A stretch of DNA of 64,000 nt from Octopus vulgaris (lineage: Eukaryota). The translations under genes and the position numbers were made by a program. This document shows positions 54,001-63,793 of this stretch, in pieces; the stretch's first letter is position 1; every line of letters starts with the position of its first letter. The stretch is taken from positions 3,224,001 through 3,288,000 of the forward strand of contig OX597829.1 in NCBI GenBank assembly GCA_951406725.2. The letters run 5' to 3'. The notes beneath the pieces were generated by a model, which worked only from the letters and a program-made list of their open reading frames with translations, did no database searches and was not told the DNA's origin.

Positions 54001-56404
54001 CGACGCTGGTAACGATCCCGCTCGAATGGTGAAGAATAAAAAAGGCTTTTGGATCTAGCGGTCAATCATAGCAAAGTTGACTACTCTACAGAGTGTAGTG
54101 GGTGCTTTTATGTGGCACCAACATGGGTGATTTTATATGGCACTGGCACAAGTGCTTTTTAGGTTACCTCAAAGACAAATGACAATGTTTGGTTTTCTTT
54201 TTTCGGATACAGTGTTGGGTGTCTGTGTGAACAGTAACAACAGCAGTAGCATGGATGTAGGGACAGGGCTCCATTGTGAGTCTCTTTTGATGGTTGGCTA
54301 TTCTTTGGGGTCCTGGGTCAACCTAATCAGAGCTGACCTGGAGTAAAGCACACCTTAATTACAAACCAGCAGAGCCTGTATATGATCAGTTAACCAGCTA
54401 GAAACACCAGCTAAATCTCTCCAAAATCATACTGAAATCATCTCAGAAAAGGACATGCTGAATAATGTGGTCATGGCTGGAGTGCCTTTTTGATCATTTG
54501 TCTGTTCATTCAGGGTTGAGCAACAACAATAACACCTTAACAAGATAGTGAACTTTCTAATGTTTGTAAGTTTTATTCCAACAATAACAATCAGTAAATT
54601 TAGCCTTTTAGCATTTAAACCAGGGGTCTCCAAAGTAGTTGATATCAACTCCTCGGGGTTGATGGGATTATTGAAGGATTTGATAAATGCGCATCTACTT
54701 AATTTTTATTATTATTATTATTTATTTATTTTCTTGTACATCAACAAACGCCGCCAGAATAACCAAATTTGAATCATAAACGTACAACACTGCTATCGAG
54801 CTATCGAGGAGTTATCTCCCCTCTTATATTTGCTGGTCAACTTTAGTGAAACCCGAAGATGGAGACAACTGCGCACTGACCAAATCCACATTATCCAACT
54901 TGGCTACAATCAACTACCAGTTTTTTTTTGTTGTTTGTTTGTTTGTTTTTTTTGTGATGTTTTTATCCTTTTTTTTTGTTTTATTTTTAATCTTCCACAT
55001 GACAGGACAGCAAAACCGATACATCATGCCTTGAATGGCACAAAACAAGATAGAATATACCAGAAATGGGAACCCGTACCAGAGTGAAACAGAGCAGACA
55101 CAATTTCTCTTCCACATTCAATAAACTATGTATGCGTTACAGATCTCTGCCAAAAAAAAAGATATTCAACAAGACCTACTCAGCCAGATTAAATTTAAAT
55201 CAGACTTTTTGCCTATAAAAAGGAACCAAGTATTTAGAAATAAAATATATGAGCTTCAGAAATTGTAAATATTCGGATCTTTTCGGTTTGAACGGCAGTT
55301 TTTTAAAATAATTTCCACGTAACTAAACACTTTTAAACTTCGTATACTGGTAGAATGTGTTTATAAAACATCTTTTTCTCTTGGGTAAGATATTTGTTGT
55401 TTTTTTTCTTCAATTTCTACAATTTCAACCAATCAATGACGTCTATTGAGGTGAAAACATTCTGTGCCGTATGAATATGCCCCTTGTTTAAGAAACAGAT
55501 TGGGTTTATTTACGTTTCTGAAGGAAAAAAGATACCCTTCCCCCCACCCCTAACCCTAACCCTAAAACAGATTGAAATGCAATAGATCAATACTAGGGTC
55601 ATAATTTCATATGACACTGCTAGAAAAAACTGCCATTCAAACCGAAAAGATCCAAATATTCCACTAACACCCAGATATGAAGTTGGAATCAACAAAGGAT
55701 TATTTGTCAAAGGACTTAGAGTCTACATGAAATGAGTGGAAATGTCTTAATTAATGCTTGTGTCACATCTGACCAAACCAAAGACAGCAAGGTGAAATGG
55801 ATCAGGGACATTGAGTTGAATCCCCTCTCTGTGTCTGTGGAACAGTTCAAAACGAGAGTTACTAGTTAGTTTCCATATTATTGGATTCAAATGATTGGAT
55901 TATTTGAGAAATGGTACAAAAAATGTGCAAGGATTGTGTAAAAATTAATCAAAAAGATTTTATACAGACACTAATTAAAAATAACAATTAAATGAAGTAA
56001 AATGAGTGTAACTAATTTGGAATCATATAAAATGAAACACGATACACACACACACAGATATATATACAGCTAATGTAGGATAAAATTTTTCGAAAAAAAT
56101 TATATCAATCGCCAGCATATTAAAAAATACCTTTAAAGGTTGAAATTATAAACAAGGGCAAAAGAAAAAATTTCTAATGCCAAATATGCCAAAAACAGAC
56201 ACATAGTCAATAACCATATAATTCATCACTATAAGCATGCGTCTCGAAGAAAGCTGACAGAAAAATGGAATTTTTTAGTAATTTCTGTCAGCTTTCTTCG
56301 AGACGCGTGCTTATAGTGATGAATTATATGGTTATTGACGATGCGTCTGTTTTCAGCATATTTGGCATTAGAATTTTGTTTTTCTTTTGCCCTTGTTTAT
56401 AAGT

Positions 56405-56448
<44 letters not shown>

Positions 56449-56938
56449 AATGAGGGTGAAAAATTGATATTAATTTAATAATACCATTACTTTAACACCG
56501 AGTGGCTTAGCACAAAATACTAGGGAGAAAATACAAATTTATACATAAATTATTAGAGAGTTACCACTATGTGGATAGCTCTAGTGCTAAAAATAGCTCC
56601 GATAGTATAGCCACAGAAATGATGTTTCCAACTAGAAATAACATTACTTTTAACGGAAGGAAAGTGAAACAACGAATAAATATATATACAGTTCAAATTT
56701 ACAGTAAACAAAAGGCAAAGAAAGGTGAGGAACAACAAGCATTAGTTTAATGCTTTGGAAGAATGGAAAAGTTCTTGGTGTTATGAGCCTACGTTCTTCA
56801 ACAGAAGGGGTTGAGAGGAGAAAACTGGATAGAGACAAAATGTGTTGGGTTTAATGATTCAACACGATGAAATGACTGGAAGGGAGATAATAAGTGACCG
56901 AGCTGAACTAGGATGTGCAAGCACGTGTGTATCTAAGA

Positions 56939-56988
<50 letters not shown>

Positions 56989-57260
56989 TGTGTGTATGTG
57001 TGTGTGTGTGTGTGTGTGAATGGGGATAAGTGCATGTAAATGTATGTGGACAAGCTTAAAATTATGTGAGCCCGTGTGAGTGTATGTGTATGTATAAGTA
57101 ACCTAGTGTGTGCATTGTGTGGAGCGATTTGCATTTCATGTATTTGTGTGTGTGTGTGTGTGTGTGCATATGGACAAGTGTATATGTGTGTGTGTGTGCA
57201 TAAGGACAAGTGTGTGTGAGGCTATCATGTGTGTGTGTGTGTGTGTGTGCATATGGACAA

Positions 57261-57302
<42 letters not shown>

Positions 57303-57862
57303 ATAAGGACAAGTGTATATGTGTGAGGCTATCATGTGTGTGTGCATATGGACAAGTGTATATGTGTGAGGCTATCATGTGTGTGTGTGTGCATAAGGAC
57401 AAGTGTATATGTGTGAGGCTATCATGTGTGTGTGTGTGTGTGCATATGGACAAGTGTATATGTGTGAAGCTATCATGTGTGTGTGTGTGTGCAAACGTTT
57501 GTGTGTAGCAGTTAATGTGTGCTTGTTTAAGTGGTGTGTTCACATGTGTGTGAGTTGTATGTATGTTGTGTGTGTTTATGTGCGATAGTTATATGTGTTT
57601 ATGCATGTTGTGTATATATTGTCTGTGTTCAGGCATGTTATGTGCATGTTGCATTGTGTGTTTTTAGGAGTGAATACTGTGTTGTGGGGGAATGCATGGA
57701 GGTGTGAGGTGGAGAGAGAGAGAGCAAAGGTGTGTGTGTGTAACTCTAAAGTATCAAACTCCTAATCACATACAAAAGACAATAAATAAGTAACTAACCT
57801 TTGAGGAATTCCGTCATAATCAGCTCCAAACAACAGAAGATGTTACCATCTGATGAGCATTT
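29480..57862 (-). CDS. NOC4L: NOC4L (nucleolar complex protein 4 homolog, CBF/Mak21 domain), 3' nine coding exons: join(57862-57799, 53292-53210, 49355-49247, 47823-47763, 45495-45385, 42746-42583, 37257-37175, 33824-33714, 29599-29480); 5' part not found in window
   Basis: All introns are GT-AG and phases are compatible (64+83+109+61+111+164+83+111+120 = 906 nt). The translation contains the Noc4 signature ...[48 protein letters not shown]...[25 protein letters not shown]...DPY...[16 protein letters not shown]... Confidence 0.95.
30745..31737 (-). mobile_element. RTE LINE fragment (late RT with PHD-like insertion, C-terminal region, 3' UTR)
   Basis: [12 protein letters not shown]...[15 protein letters not shown] and MLHGNETWA...[10 protein letters not shown] are RTE-clade motifs; frameshifted. 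Confidence 0.9.
32268..32455. mobile_element. hAT (Charlie-like) MITE
   Basis: cagtgctc...gagcactg termini; 8-bp TSD acatagtg/gcatagtg. The empty site is visible in the paralogous segment at 36328-36335. Confidence 0.85.
33194..33550. repeat. Degenerate (GTG/GTA/GCA)n trinucleotide tract
   Basis: Direct reading. Confidence 0.85.
33714..33824 (-). CDS. NOC4L: NOC4L exon, 111 nt ([37 protein letters not shown])
   Basis: Acceptor aatgttccag, donor gtaagt; ALQ.HY.P.V motif. Confidence 0.93.
34794..35003. mobile_element. piggyBac-type MITE, 210 bp
   Basis: ttaa|cccttt...aaaggg|ttaa. Degraded relatives at 20586-20795 and 50575-50690; another ...gggttaa-ending family at 40330-40545. Confidence 0.8.
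37175..37257 (-). CDS. NOC4L: NOC4L exon, 83 nt ([28 protein letters not shown])
   Basis: Acceptor cttttctag, donor gtaagt; DPY...ALESSLWEL motif. Confidence 0.96.
38075..40330 (+). mobile_element. Degraded R4/Dong-clade LINE with nested Helitron (38466-38816) and RTE tail (39627-40095)
   Basis: [21 protein letters not shown]|IGME (rejoined across the Helitron) and YKYLG motifs; many stops and frameshifts. Confidence 0.75.
38466..38816 (-). mobile_element. Non-autonomous Helitron, copy of 1588-1958
   Basis: Inserted at a|t with no TSD; removing it restores gacaatattggaatggag. Confidence 0.88.
41876..42574. repeat. ~700-bp (GAAT)n/(GAAA)n tetranucleotide array beginning ~8 nt into a NOC4L intron
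   Basis: Direct reading. Confidence 0.95.
42583..42746 (-). CDS. NOC4L: NOC4L exon, 164 nt ([54 protein letters not shown])
   Basis: Acceptor tgtatttcag, donor gtgagt; LPAY..AAF.KRLAR motif. Confidence 0.96.
42824..43253. mobile_element. Merlin-like MITE copy 2
   Basis: GG...CC ends, ~29-bp TIR, perfect 8-bp TSD tgaaaatt. Confidence 0.9.
43545..44034 (-). mobile_element. Tc1-family transposon 3' half (DDE C-terminus, D36E spacing) with one TIR
   Basis: [10 protein letters not shown]...[15 protein letters not shown]...GDPTPY*; terminus ta|cagatgttggataaaataatggaaacacc at 43545. Confidence 0.92.
44040..44620 (+). mobile_element. RTE LINE fragment
   Basis: [32 protein letters not shown] and GRWRPRKT; paralogous to 30745-31737. 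Confidence 0.85.
44620..45135 (-). mobile_element. RTE LINE fragment (region preceding RT), partly duplicated
   Basis: [14 protein letters not shown]...[20 protein letters not shown]...IPNDW; a second partial copy lies at 44625-44766. Confidence 0.85.
45385..45495 (-). CDS. NOC4L: NOC4L exon, 111 nt ([36 protein letters not shown])
   Basis: Acceptor ttttttccag, donor gtacgt; CBF-domain YPDFY.KLY.LL motif. Confidence 0.96.
45866..46242 (-). mobile_element. tRNA-derived SINE family D (GC-rich, single copy here)
   Basis: Minus strand: A-box tggcccagtgg, B-box ggtttcgattcc, 3' (CAA/CAG)n tail. Confidence 0.75.
47763..47823 (-). CDS. NOC4L: NOC4L exon, 61 nt ([21 protein letters not shown])
   Basis: Acceptor tttcaatcag, donor gtgagt; highly conserved GG..SLL.LNG.F.L...HNL motif. 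Confidence 0.95.
48068..48484. mobile_element. Merlin-like MITE copy 3 (opposite orientation to copies 2, 4, 5)
   Basis: Perfect 8-bp TSD aataatac. Confidence 0.9.
48492..48985 (+). mobile_element. Tigger/pogo internal-deletion derivative
   Basis: ta|cagtaatacctcg terminus. From 48568 it reads [10 protein letters not shown]...[22 protein letters not shown], typical of a Tigger transposase C-terminus. Confidence 0.75.
49011..49214. repeat. Purine-rich minisatellite (ggaggaggaggaagatg)n
   Basis: A 17-bp unit repeated about 5 times plus degenerate copies. Confidence 0.9.
49247..49355 (-). CDS. NOC4L: NOC4L exon, 109 nt ([36 protein letters not shown])
   Basis: Acceptor ttttgacag, donor gtgagt; matches the Noc4 LYKxVL...P..L.DFL motif. 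Confidence 0.93.
53210..53292 (-). CDS. NOC4L: NOC4L exon, 83 nt ([28 protein letters not shown])
   Basis: Acceptor ttgtctttcag, donor gtaagt. Ends in phase 0 before LTFGLYK and resembles the ...WLSFLKHK segment of Noc4. Confidence 0.85.
55275..55653. mobile_element. Merlin-like MITE copy 4
   Basis: Perfect 8-bp TSD aaatattc; small internal deletions. Confidence 0.9.
56146..56402. repeat. Near-perfect hairpin: ~120-bp arms, 18-nt loop
   Basis: 56146-56263 is the reverse complement of 56282-56402 with a handful of mismatches. Confidence 0.92.
57145..57492. repeat. Minisatellite gcata(t/a)ggacaagtgtatatgtgtgaggctatca(tg)n, about 7 units
   Basis: Direct reading. Confidence 0.9.
57799..57862 (-). 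CDS. NOC4L: NOC4L exon, 64 nt ([21 protein letters not shown])
   Basis: Acceptor ttccaattcttacag, donor gttagt. The only open frame ends in phase 1, matching the next exon. Sequence similarity to Noc4 is weak here. Confidence 0.65.
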
Positions 57863-58899
57863 CTGTAAGAATTGGAAAATCATAAATACAATATTTCAAA
57901 TAAATTCATATTTTGAGCAAATAGTTTAAAATAAGTAAGTCATTATTATCTCAAAATCAATTTATTCAATCAAATCATGCGAAAATAAATCATGTTGAGA
58001 TTATTTTTAAAATTCATTTCAAAAAGGAAAATATATTAAATGTATACAAATAGGTATAAACACCCTGAGTCAATTTGCAGTGCCCCCTAGATAGGCTGGA
58101 GAATATATGCACTCCAGATTGGTTATCCCCCCCTCCAGCAACAGAGACCCAAAAGGCAGAAGCTGCAGACTGACAAGAGAAACAGATTACTCTTATTATA
58201 TTCCCATCATTGTACAATGACTGGGATGCACTAAGCCGGTGGCTCGCCATTAATAAGATGCCAGGTGACAGTGCTAAGCAGTGATGTGAATAAATATAAA
58301 CTTGCAACCATTCCAAATATGTTTGTGGCATATCCAAACCCTGTGCCGGTGGCACGTAAAAAGCACCATCTGAACGTGGCCGATGCCAGCACTGCCTTGA
58401 CTGGCTTCCATGCTCGTGGCACGTAAAAAAGCACCTATCCGATCGTGGCCATTGCCAGCCTCCCCTAGCGCATAAAAAGTACCCACTACACTCACAGAGT
58501 GGTTGGCGTTAGGAAGGGCATCCAGCTGTAGAAACATTGCCAGATCAGACTGGAGCCTGGTGCAGCCTTCTGGCTTCCCAGATCCTGGTCGAACTGTCCA
58601 ACCCATGCTAGCATGGAGAACAGACGTTAAACGATGATGATGATGATGATGATAAGAAAACCATTCGCTGTATTTTGTCATGGATAACCATTCGTTATTG
58701 CAATAACAGGAATATAATTAGAGGGACTTTTCCCTTTTGTCAGTTTTTAAGTGTCTGCCTTTCCAGTTTATGTTGTTGGAGGGAAGATAACCACGCCATA
58801 ATGCCCGCATCCAGCAGCCTGGTTAGGGAGCACTGCACACTGACTCGGTGTATTTACACTTATTTGTCTACAGCAAGAAACTTTCTCATAAAAAATTGA

Positions 58900-59322
58900 G
58901 GATCTTTTCGGTTTGAACGGCAGTTTTTAATATAATTTTTAGGTAACTAAACACTTTTAAACTTTGTATACTGGTAGAATGTGTTTATAAAACATCTTTT
59001 TCTCTTGGCTTTATTGAGAAAATTCTATAGTTTGTAAGATATTTGTTGTTGTTTTTCTTCAATTTCTGCAATTTCAACCAATCAGTGACGTCTATTGAGG
59101 TAAAAAAACATTCTGTGCCGTATGAATATGTCCCTCAATTAAGAAACAGATTGGGTTTATTTACATTTGTGAAGAAAAAAAAGATACCCTTCCCCCCACC
59201 CCTAACTAACCCTAACCCTAAAATAGATTGAAATGCAATAGATCGATACTAGGGTCATAATTATGGGTGACAATTTCATATGACACCGCTAGAAAAAACT
59301 GCCGTTCAAACCGAAAAGATCC
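58900..59322. mobile_element. Merlin-like MITE copy 5
   Basis: Same TIRs; TSD imperfect (aaaattga/aaaaatta). Confidence 0.85.
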
Positions 59323-61030
59323 AAAAATTACAGTAAATGGCTTTCTTCAAGTTTATATTATATATACATCACTGCTTAGCACTTTTGTCCTTTCATATTA
59401 AATATATAATATACTTTTTAATTCTTTAATTTTTTTTATAACAAATTTCAGCTGTTAGGGTGAAGCCATGCTGGAGCACTACCTTTCAGTCAATCGTATC
59501 AACCATCATCATCATCGTTTAACGTCCGCTTTCCATGCTAGCATGGGTTGGACGATTTTGACTGAGGGCTGGCGAACCAGACGGCCGCACCAGGCTGCAA
59601 TCTTGATCTGGCAGGGTTTCTACAGCTGGATGCTCTTCCTAACGCCAACCACTCCATGAGTGTAGTGGGTGCTTTTTACGTGTCACCAGCACAGGGGCCA
59701 GTCAGGCAGTACTCGCAATGATCTCACTCGAATCCTTTTACACATGCCACCAGCACAGGTGCCAGTAAGGCGACGTTGGTAACGATTACGCTCGAGAGGT
59801 GCCCTTTTACTTGCCAGGGCACGGGGGCCAGTCAGGCGGTACTGGCAATGACCTCACGTGAATCTTTTGTCTGGTTATTATTTTATCAATCTTTCTTAAA
59901 CAGCTAAGTTACTTTTATGACACAAAATAATTTTACAAATGTTCCCAACACCAACTTAATAATGATAAAGATATTTTACTAAATTCTTCATGATGTTCGA
60001 AATTAATTCAAGTATCGGTAATTTATTTCAACAGAAATATGGAAAGAAAAGGATTAGTATAATCCCACTTAAAAGGGTTTATTGAAATAAAATAGTACAT
60101 GCAGCTCCTTTAATTCTGCCAGTCTTAATCATAAATAACCAAATAAAACTAGTTATATGTAAAACATACCAAGAAAAAGAAAAACATTTGATTCACAAGA
60201 AGCAGCACTGCATAGAATATAGAGCATTTGCTTAGAAATGAACAATAACAGGTGTGAATGGGTGGTAAGAAGCTTGCTTCCCCACCACGTGGCTCTGGGT
60301 TCAGTCCGACTGCATGTCTCCTACTGTAGCCTCAGTCTGACCAAAGCCTTGTGTGTAGATTTGATAGACTGAAACTGAAAGAAGCCCATCAGCATCATCA
60401 TTTAACATTCATTTTCCATGCTGGCATGGATTGGATGGTTTGACTGAAAACTGGTAAGCCAGGAAGCTGCACCAGATTCCAATCTGATTTGGCATGGTTT
60501 CTATGGCTGGACGTCCTTCCTAATGCCAACCACTCCAAGAGAGTAATGAATGCTTTTTACGTGCCACTGGCGCAAGTGCCAGTTATGAAACACTGGCATT
60601 GGCCACAGCAACAATCTTACTTGGCTTGACAGATCTTCTCAACTCAAGCACTGTATATTGTTAAAGGTCTTGATCAGATGTCACTGCGTCCGTAAGGCCC
60701 AAAGTTCAAAGAGTATTTCTTTTTACATGCCACCAGTATAAGTGCCGTTTATGCAACATTGGCATCAGCCATAATGATTTCACACACACACCCACGATTG
60801 TGTGGTAAGAAATATGCTTCCACACCACAAAGGTTCAGGGTTCAGCCCCACTGTGTGGAACCTTGGGCAAATGTCTTCTACAATAGCGTCGGATCAATCA
60901 GAGGGGATTTAATAGACAGAAACTGAAAGAAGCTGGTTGTGTGTGTGTGTGCGCGCACGTGTGACTTTAGGTCTGTGTTTGTCCCCACCACTGCTTGACA
61001 ACTGATGTTAGTGTGCTTATGTCCCCATAA

Positions 61031-61130
61031 NNNNNNNNNNNNNNNNNNNNNNNNNNNNNNNNNNNNNNNNNNNNNNNNNNNNNNNNNNNNNNNNNNNNNN
61101 NNNNNNNNNNNNNNNNNNNNNNNNNNNNNN
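61031..61130. other. Assembly gap (100 N)
   Basis: Run of n. Confidence 1.
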
Positions 61131-61339
61131 GCTGCCCAACTGGCCCTCATGCCGGTGGCATGTAAAAAGCACCACTACAATCTCGGAGTGGTTGGCATTA
61201 AGGAAGGGCATTCAGCTGTAGAAACTTTGCCAGATCAGATTGGATCCCGGTGCAACCTCCTGGCTCGCCAGCCCTCAGTCAAACCATCCAATCCTTGCCA
61301 GCATGGAAAGCAGACGTTAAACGATGATGATGATGACAC

Positions 61340-62010
61340 CAGTCATAAGCTTCTACATCAGTGGTAAAGAGGTTATAGGTTACAAATTTGATGCCAAGTT
61401 ACCTTTCAAAGGGATCCTTCACATATAACGGCATTCATCCACTTGTCATTTTAGTAGGAGTGTGACCATACAGCAGGCATTTATCTAGTTGTGCAGTGAT
61501 CCTTTGAAGCAACTGTGTAAAATTCTTCAGCCAGTAGCCTCCTATTCCATCTGGGCCAGGTCCTTTCCAATTTGCTATTTTTTACTATAGTCTCACTGTA
61601 TAGAGATCGATTCTTTTGCCTTGGCACAATTCTAAGTTGTCTTTTCACCTGTGTCAACCACTCTGCACTTTCTTCATGTATTGCAGGCCGGTTCCACAGT
61701 TCTCCCACAAATATTTACTTTCTTCTGCATCAGGAATTAGTTCCTGATGTTGGTCATCTCTATTTCTTCAAAAGGATGCCTTCTATTTGATTGGAACAGT
61801 CTATTCTGTTCAAAACTTTTGCATCTAGCATCATATCTTTTCAATTTGGGCTTTAATGCTGTCACCTTTTGTAACAATTCTTCATGTACTGTTTGCTTTC
61901 TCCTTTCTTCTAATTTGCACTGTCCATTCAATTTTCTAATTACTACCTCATGCTTCAGCTCAACTTTCATTATCCTATTTTTCTTCTTATTCTTCTTCAT
62001 CCTCCCCAAG
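61340..62010 (-). mobile_element. Degraded R4/Dong-clade LINE, N-terminal/early RT region
   Basis: KLKRYDARCKSFEQNRLFQSN, GELWNRPAIHEESAEWL and NWKGPGPDG across frameshifts. Confidence 0.7.
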
Positions 62011-62780
62011 TGATCTCTATACTAATTACTCATCCCCCAACCACACTTTTATTTACATTTTGTTTCCTCCTGCTACAAGCAAAAAAATAGAATGTCTGGA
62101 AGACACACAATGTGAAGGCACACCTTTGATGCAAGTCTAATGGAGTGCCACTCTGTCTACAACTGCAAACATTATGTAAATTTCATTTTGAATTTTTGTA
62201 TAAACTGTCACTACAAGCAGAGTTGTTACAGACACAATTGAAACAAATCTTTAAGGGGATTTCCTTGTCTTATTATTTGGATTATACACACATACACACA
62301 CACAATCGGCTTCTTTCAGTTTCCATTTACCATATCAACTTACAAAGTTTGGTCAGGTGGCCTGGAACTATAGTAGAAGACATGCCCAAGATACCATGCA
62401 ATGGTACTGAATTTGGAATGATACTTCCCCACCATGAAGTTGGGAAGCAAACTTCTTACAACACAGCCACACAACCAGAACTTTGTATCACAGGGCAGTT
62501 TCAAAATGATGATACCAGACAAAGGATTCAGTCTAACACCCAAGAATAGGAAAAGGCTTTTTCACAATTTCCATCTACCAAATTTCACTCACAAGGCTTT
62601 AATCAGCATAAAGGATTAGCACACACTGGAATTGAACATAAAACACGTAAATCCAGAAAAAACTTTGGAACCACACAACTGTACTTGCACCCACATGGTT
62701 ATTCTATCTGCTAGAAAAAGACAAGTGAAATTTTTCTCAAATCACATCCTACTGTCTCCAAAAGGTACAGACATAACAGA

Positions 62781-63129
62781 AGTCCCCAAAGTCCAAGCCC
62801 TCCTCACCGTGGTGGGGATGCTGGCAACAGGTAGTGTCAGAGCTATGCCGTTGGGAACGTCGGTTCCATGTAGGGCCACCCAAGGCAGATTGGTCTGACA
62901 CAGAGTGGTATTAGGGCCACAACTCGGAGTGTCTGTTTCGGCAACTGGCAGCTCCTCGGTCGTTCTGTCCCTGCGTCTGCGGACAATCTGCGGCAAACAG
63001 GATGTCTCCACATGCGGGATTGTTGGGGACCACTTGTGAAATCCACATATTCCCACAAAACTTCTTCCATGAGTAGAAGAAGCTGACTCAACCCGCCCAG
63101 GGTGAATGTCGCCACAAGTACAAGTACAA
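62781..63129 (+). mobile_element. Full-length short non-autonomous (bipartite) RTE-derived element
   Basis: TSD acataacaga (62771-62780 / 63130-63139). The 5' part resembles RTE/BovB 5' UTRs (gagctatgccg...tagggccacccaaggcaga), and the 3' end is a (CAAGTA)n tail. Confidence 0.75.
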
Positions 63130-63442
63130 ACATAACAGATAACAGAGTACACTATCTTATACTAGGCTTTAAAACCAGCTTTACAGTTTTCTTGTCAATA
63201 CATGAGGTCCGTGAAAACATTGGAGTTTGAAATAATCTCCAGAACTAAGCATAACTCATGTGTCTTATATTCCTGACATACAGTTGGCAAATATCATCAA
63301 TGCATGTCATAGTGATTTAATACATTCATAGTTACTTCCCTTGTTGATTGCTTCCTCTGTCAATCTTCACATCTCTAGAAATGTTCTGATATTTTTAAAT
63401 ACTTGCATGTTCTTATTTCATTGGAACTACTTGCATGTACTT

Positions 63443-63793
63443 TTTCTTTTCTACTCTAGGAACAAGGACAGAAATTTTGGCGGAGGGAGGGGCAGTCGAT
63501 TAGATCGACCTCAGTATGCAACTGGTACTTAATTCATCGACCCTGAAAAGATGAAAGGCAAAGTCGACCTCGGTGGAATTTGAACTCAGAACGTAAAACA
63601 GAAATTTTGGCGGAGGGAGGGGCAGTCGATTAGATCGACCTCAGTATGCAACTGGTACTTAATTTATCGACCCTGAAAAGATGAAAGGCAAAGTCGACCT
63701 CGGTGGAATTTGAACTCAGAACGTAAAGACAGACGAAATATTGCTAAGCATTTCGCCTGGTGTGCTAACGATTCTGCCAGCTCGCCACCTTAG
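63443..63793 (-). mobile_element. SINE family A variant with an internal 130-bp tandem duplication
   Basis: Units at 63468-63597 and 63598-63727; 13-bp TSD cttgcatgtactt at 63430-63442 / 63794-63806. Confidence 0.85.

Noticed and set aside
15242-61211. Recurring peptide '[25 protein letters not shown]' as a gene family
   Set aside because: It is the antisense translation of the non-coding RTE 3' UTR repeat, and the frame is not maintained between copies.
62742-63152. 136-aa and 96-aa minus-strand ORFs as an upstream NOC4L exon or new gene
   Set aside because: No Noc4 similarity or usable splice sites; the region is bounded by a TSD and has a retroelement tail.
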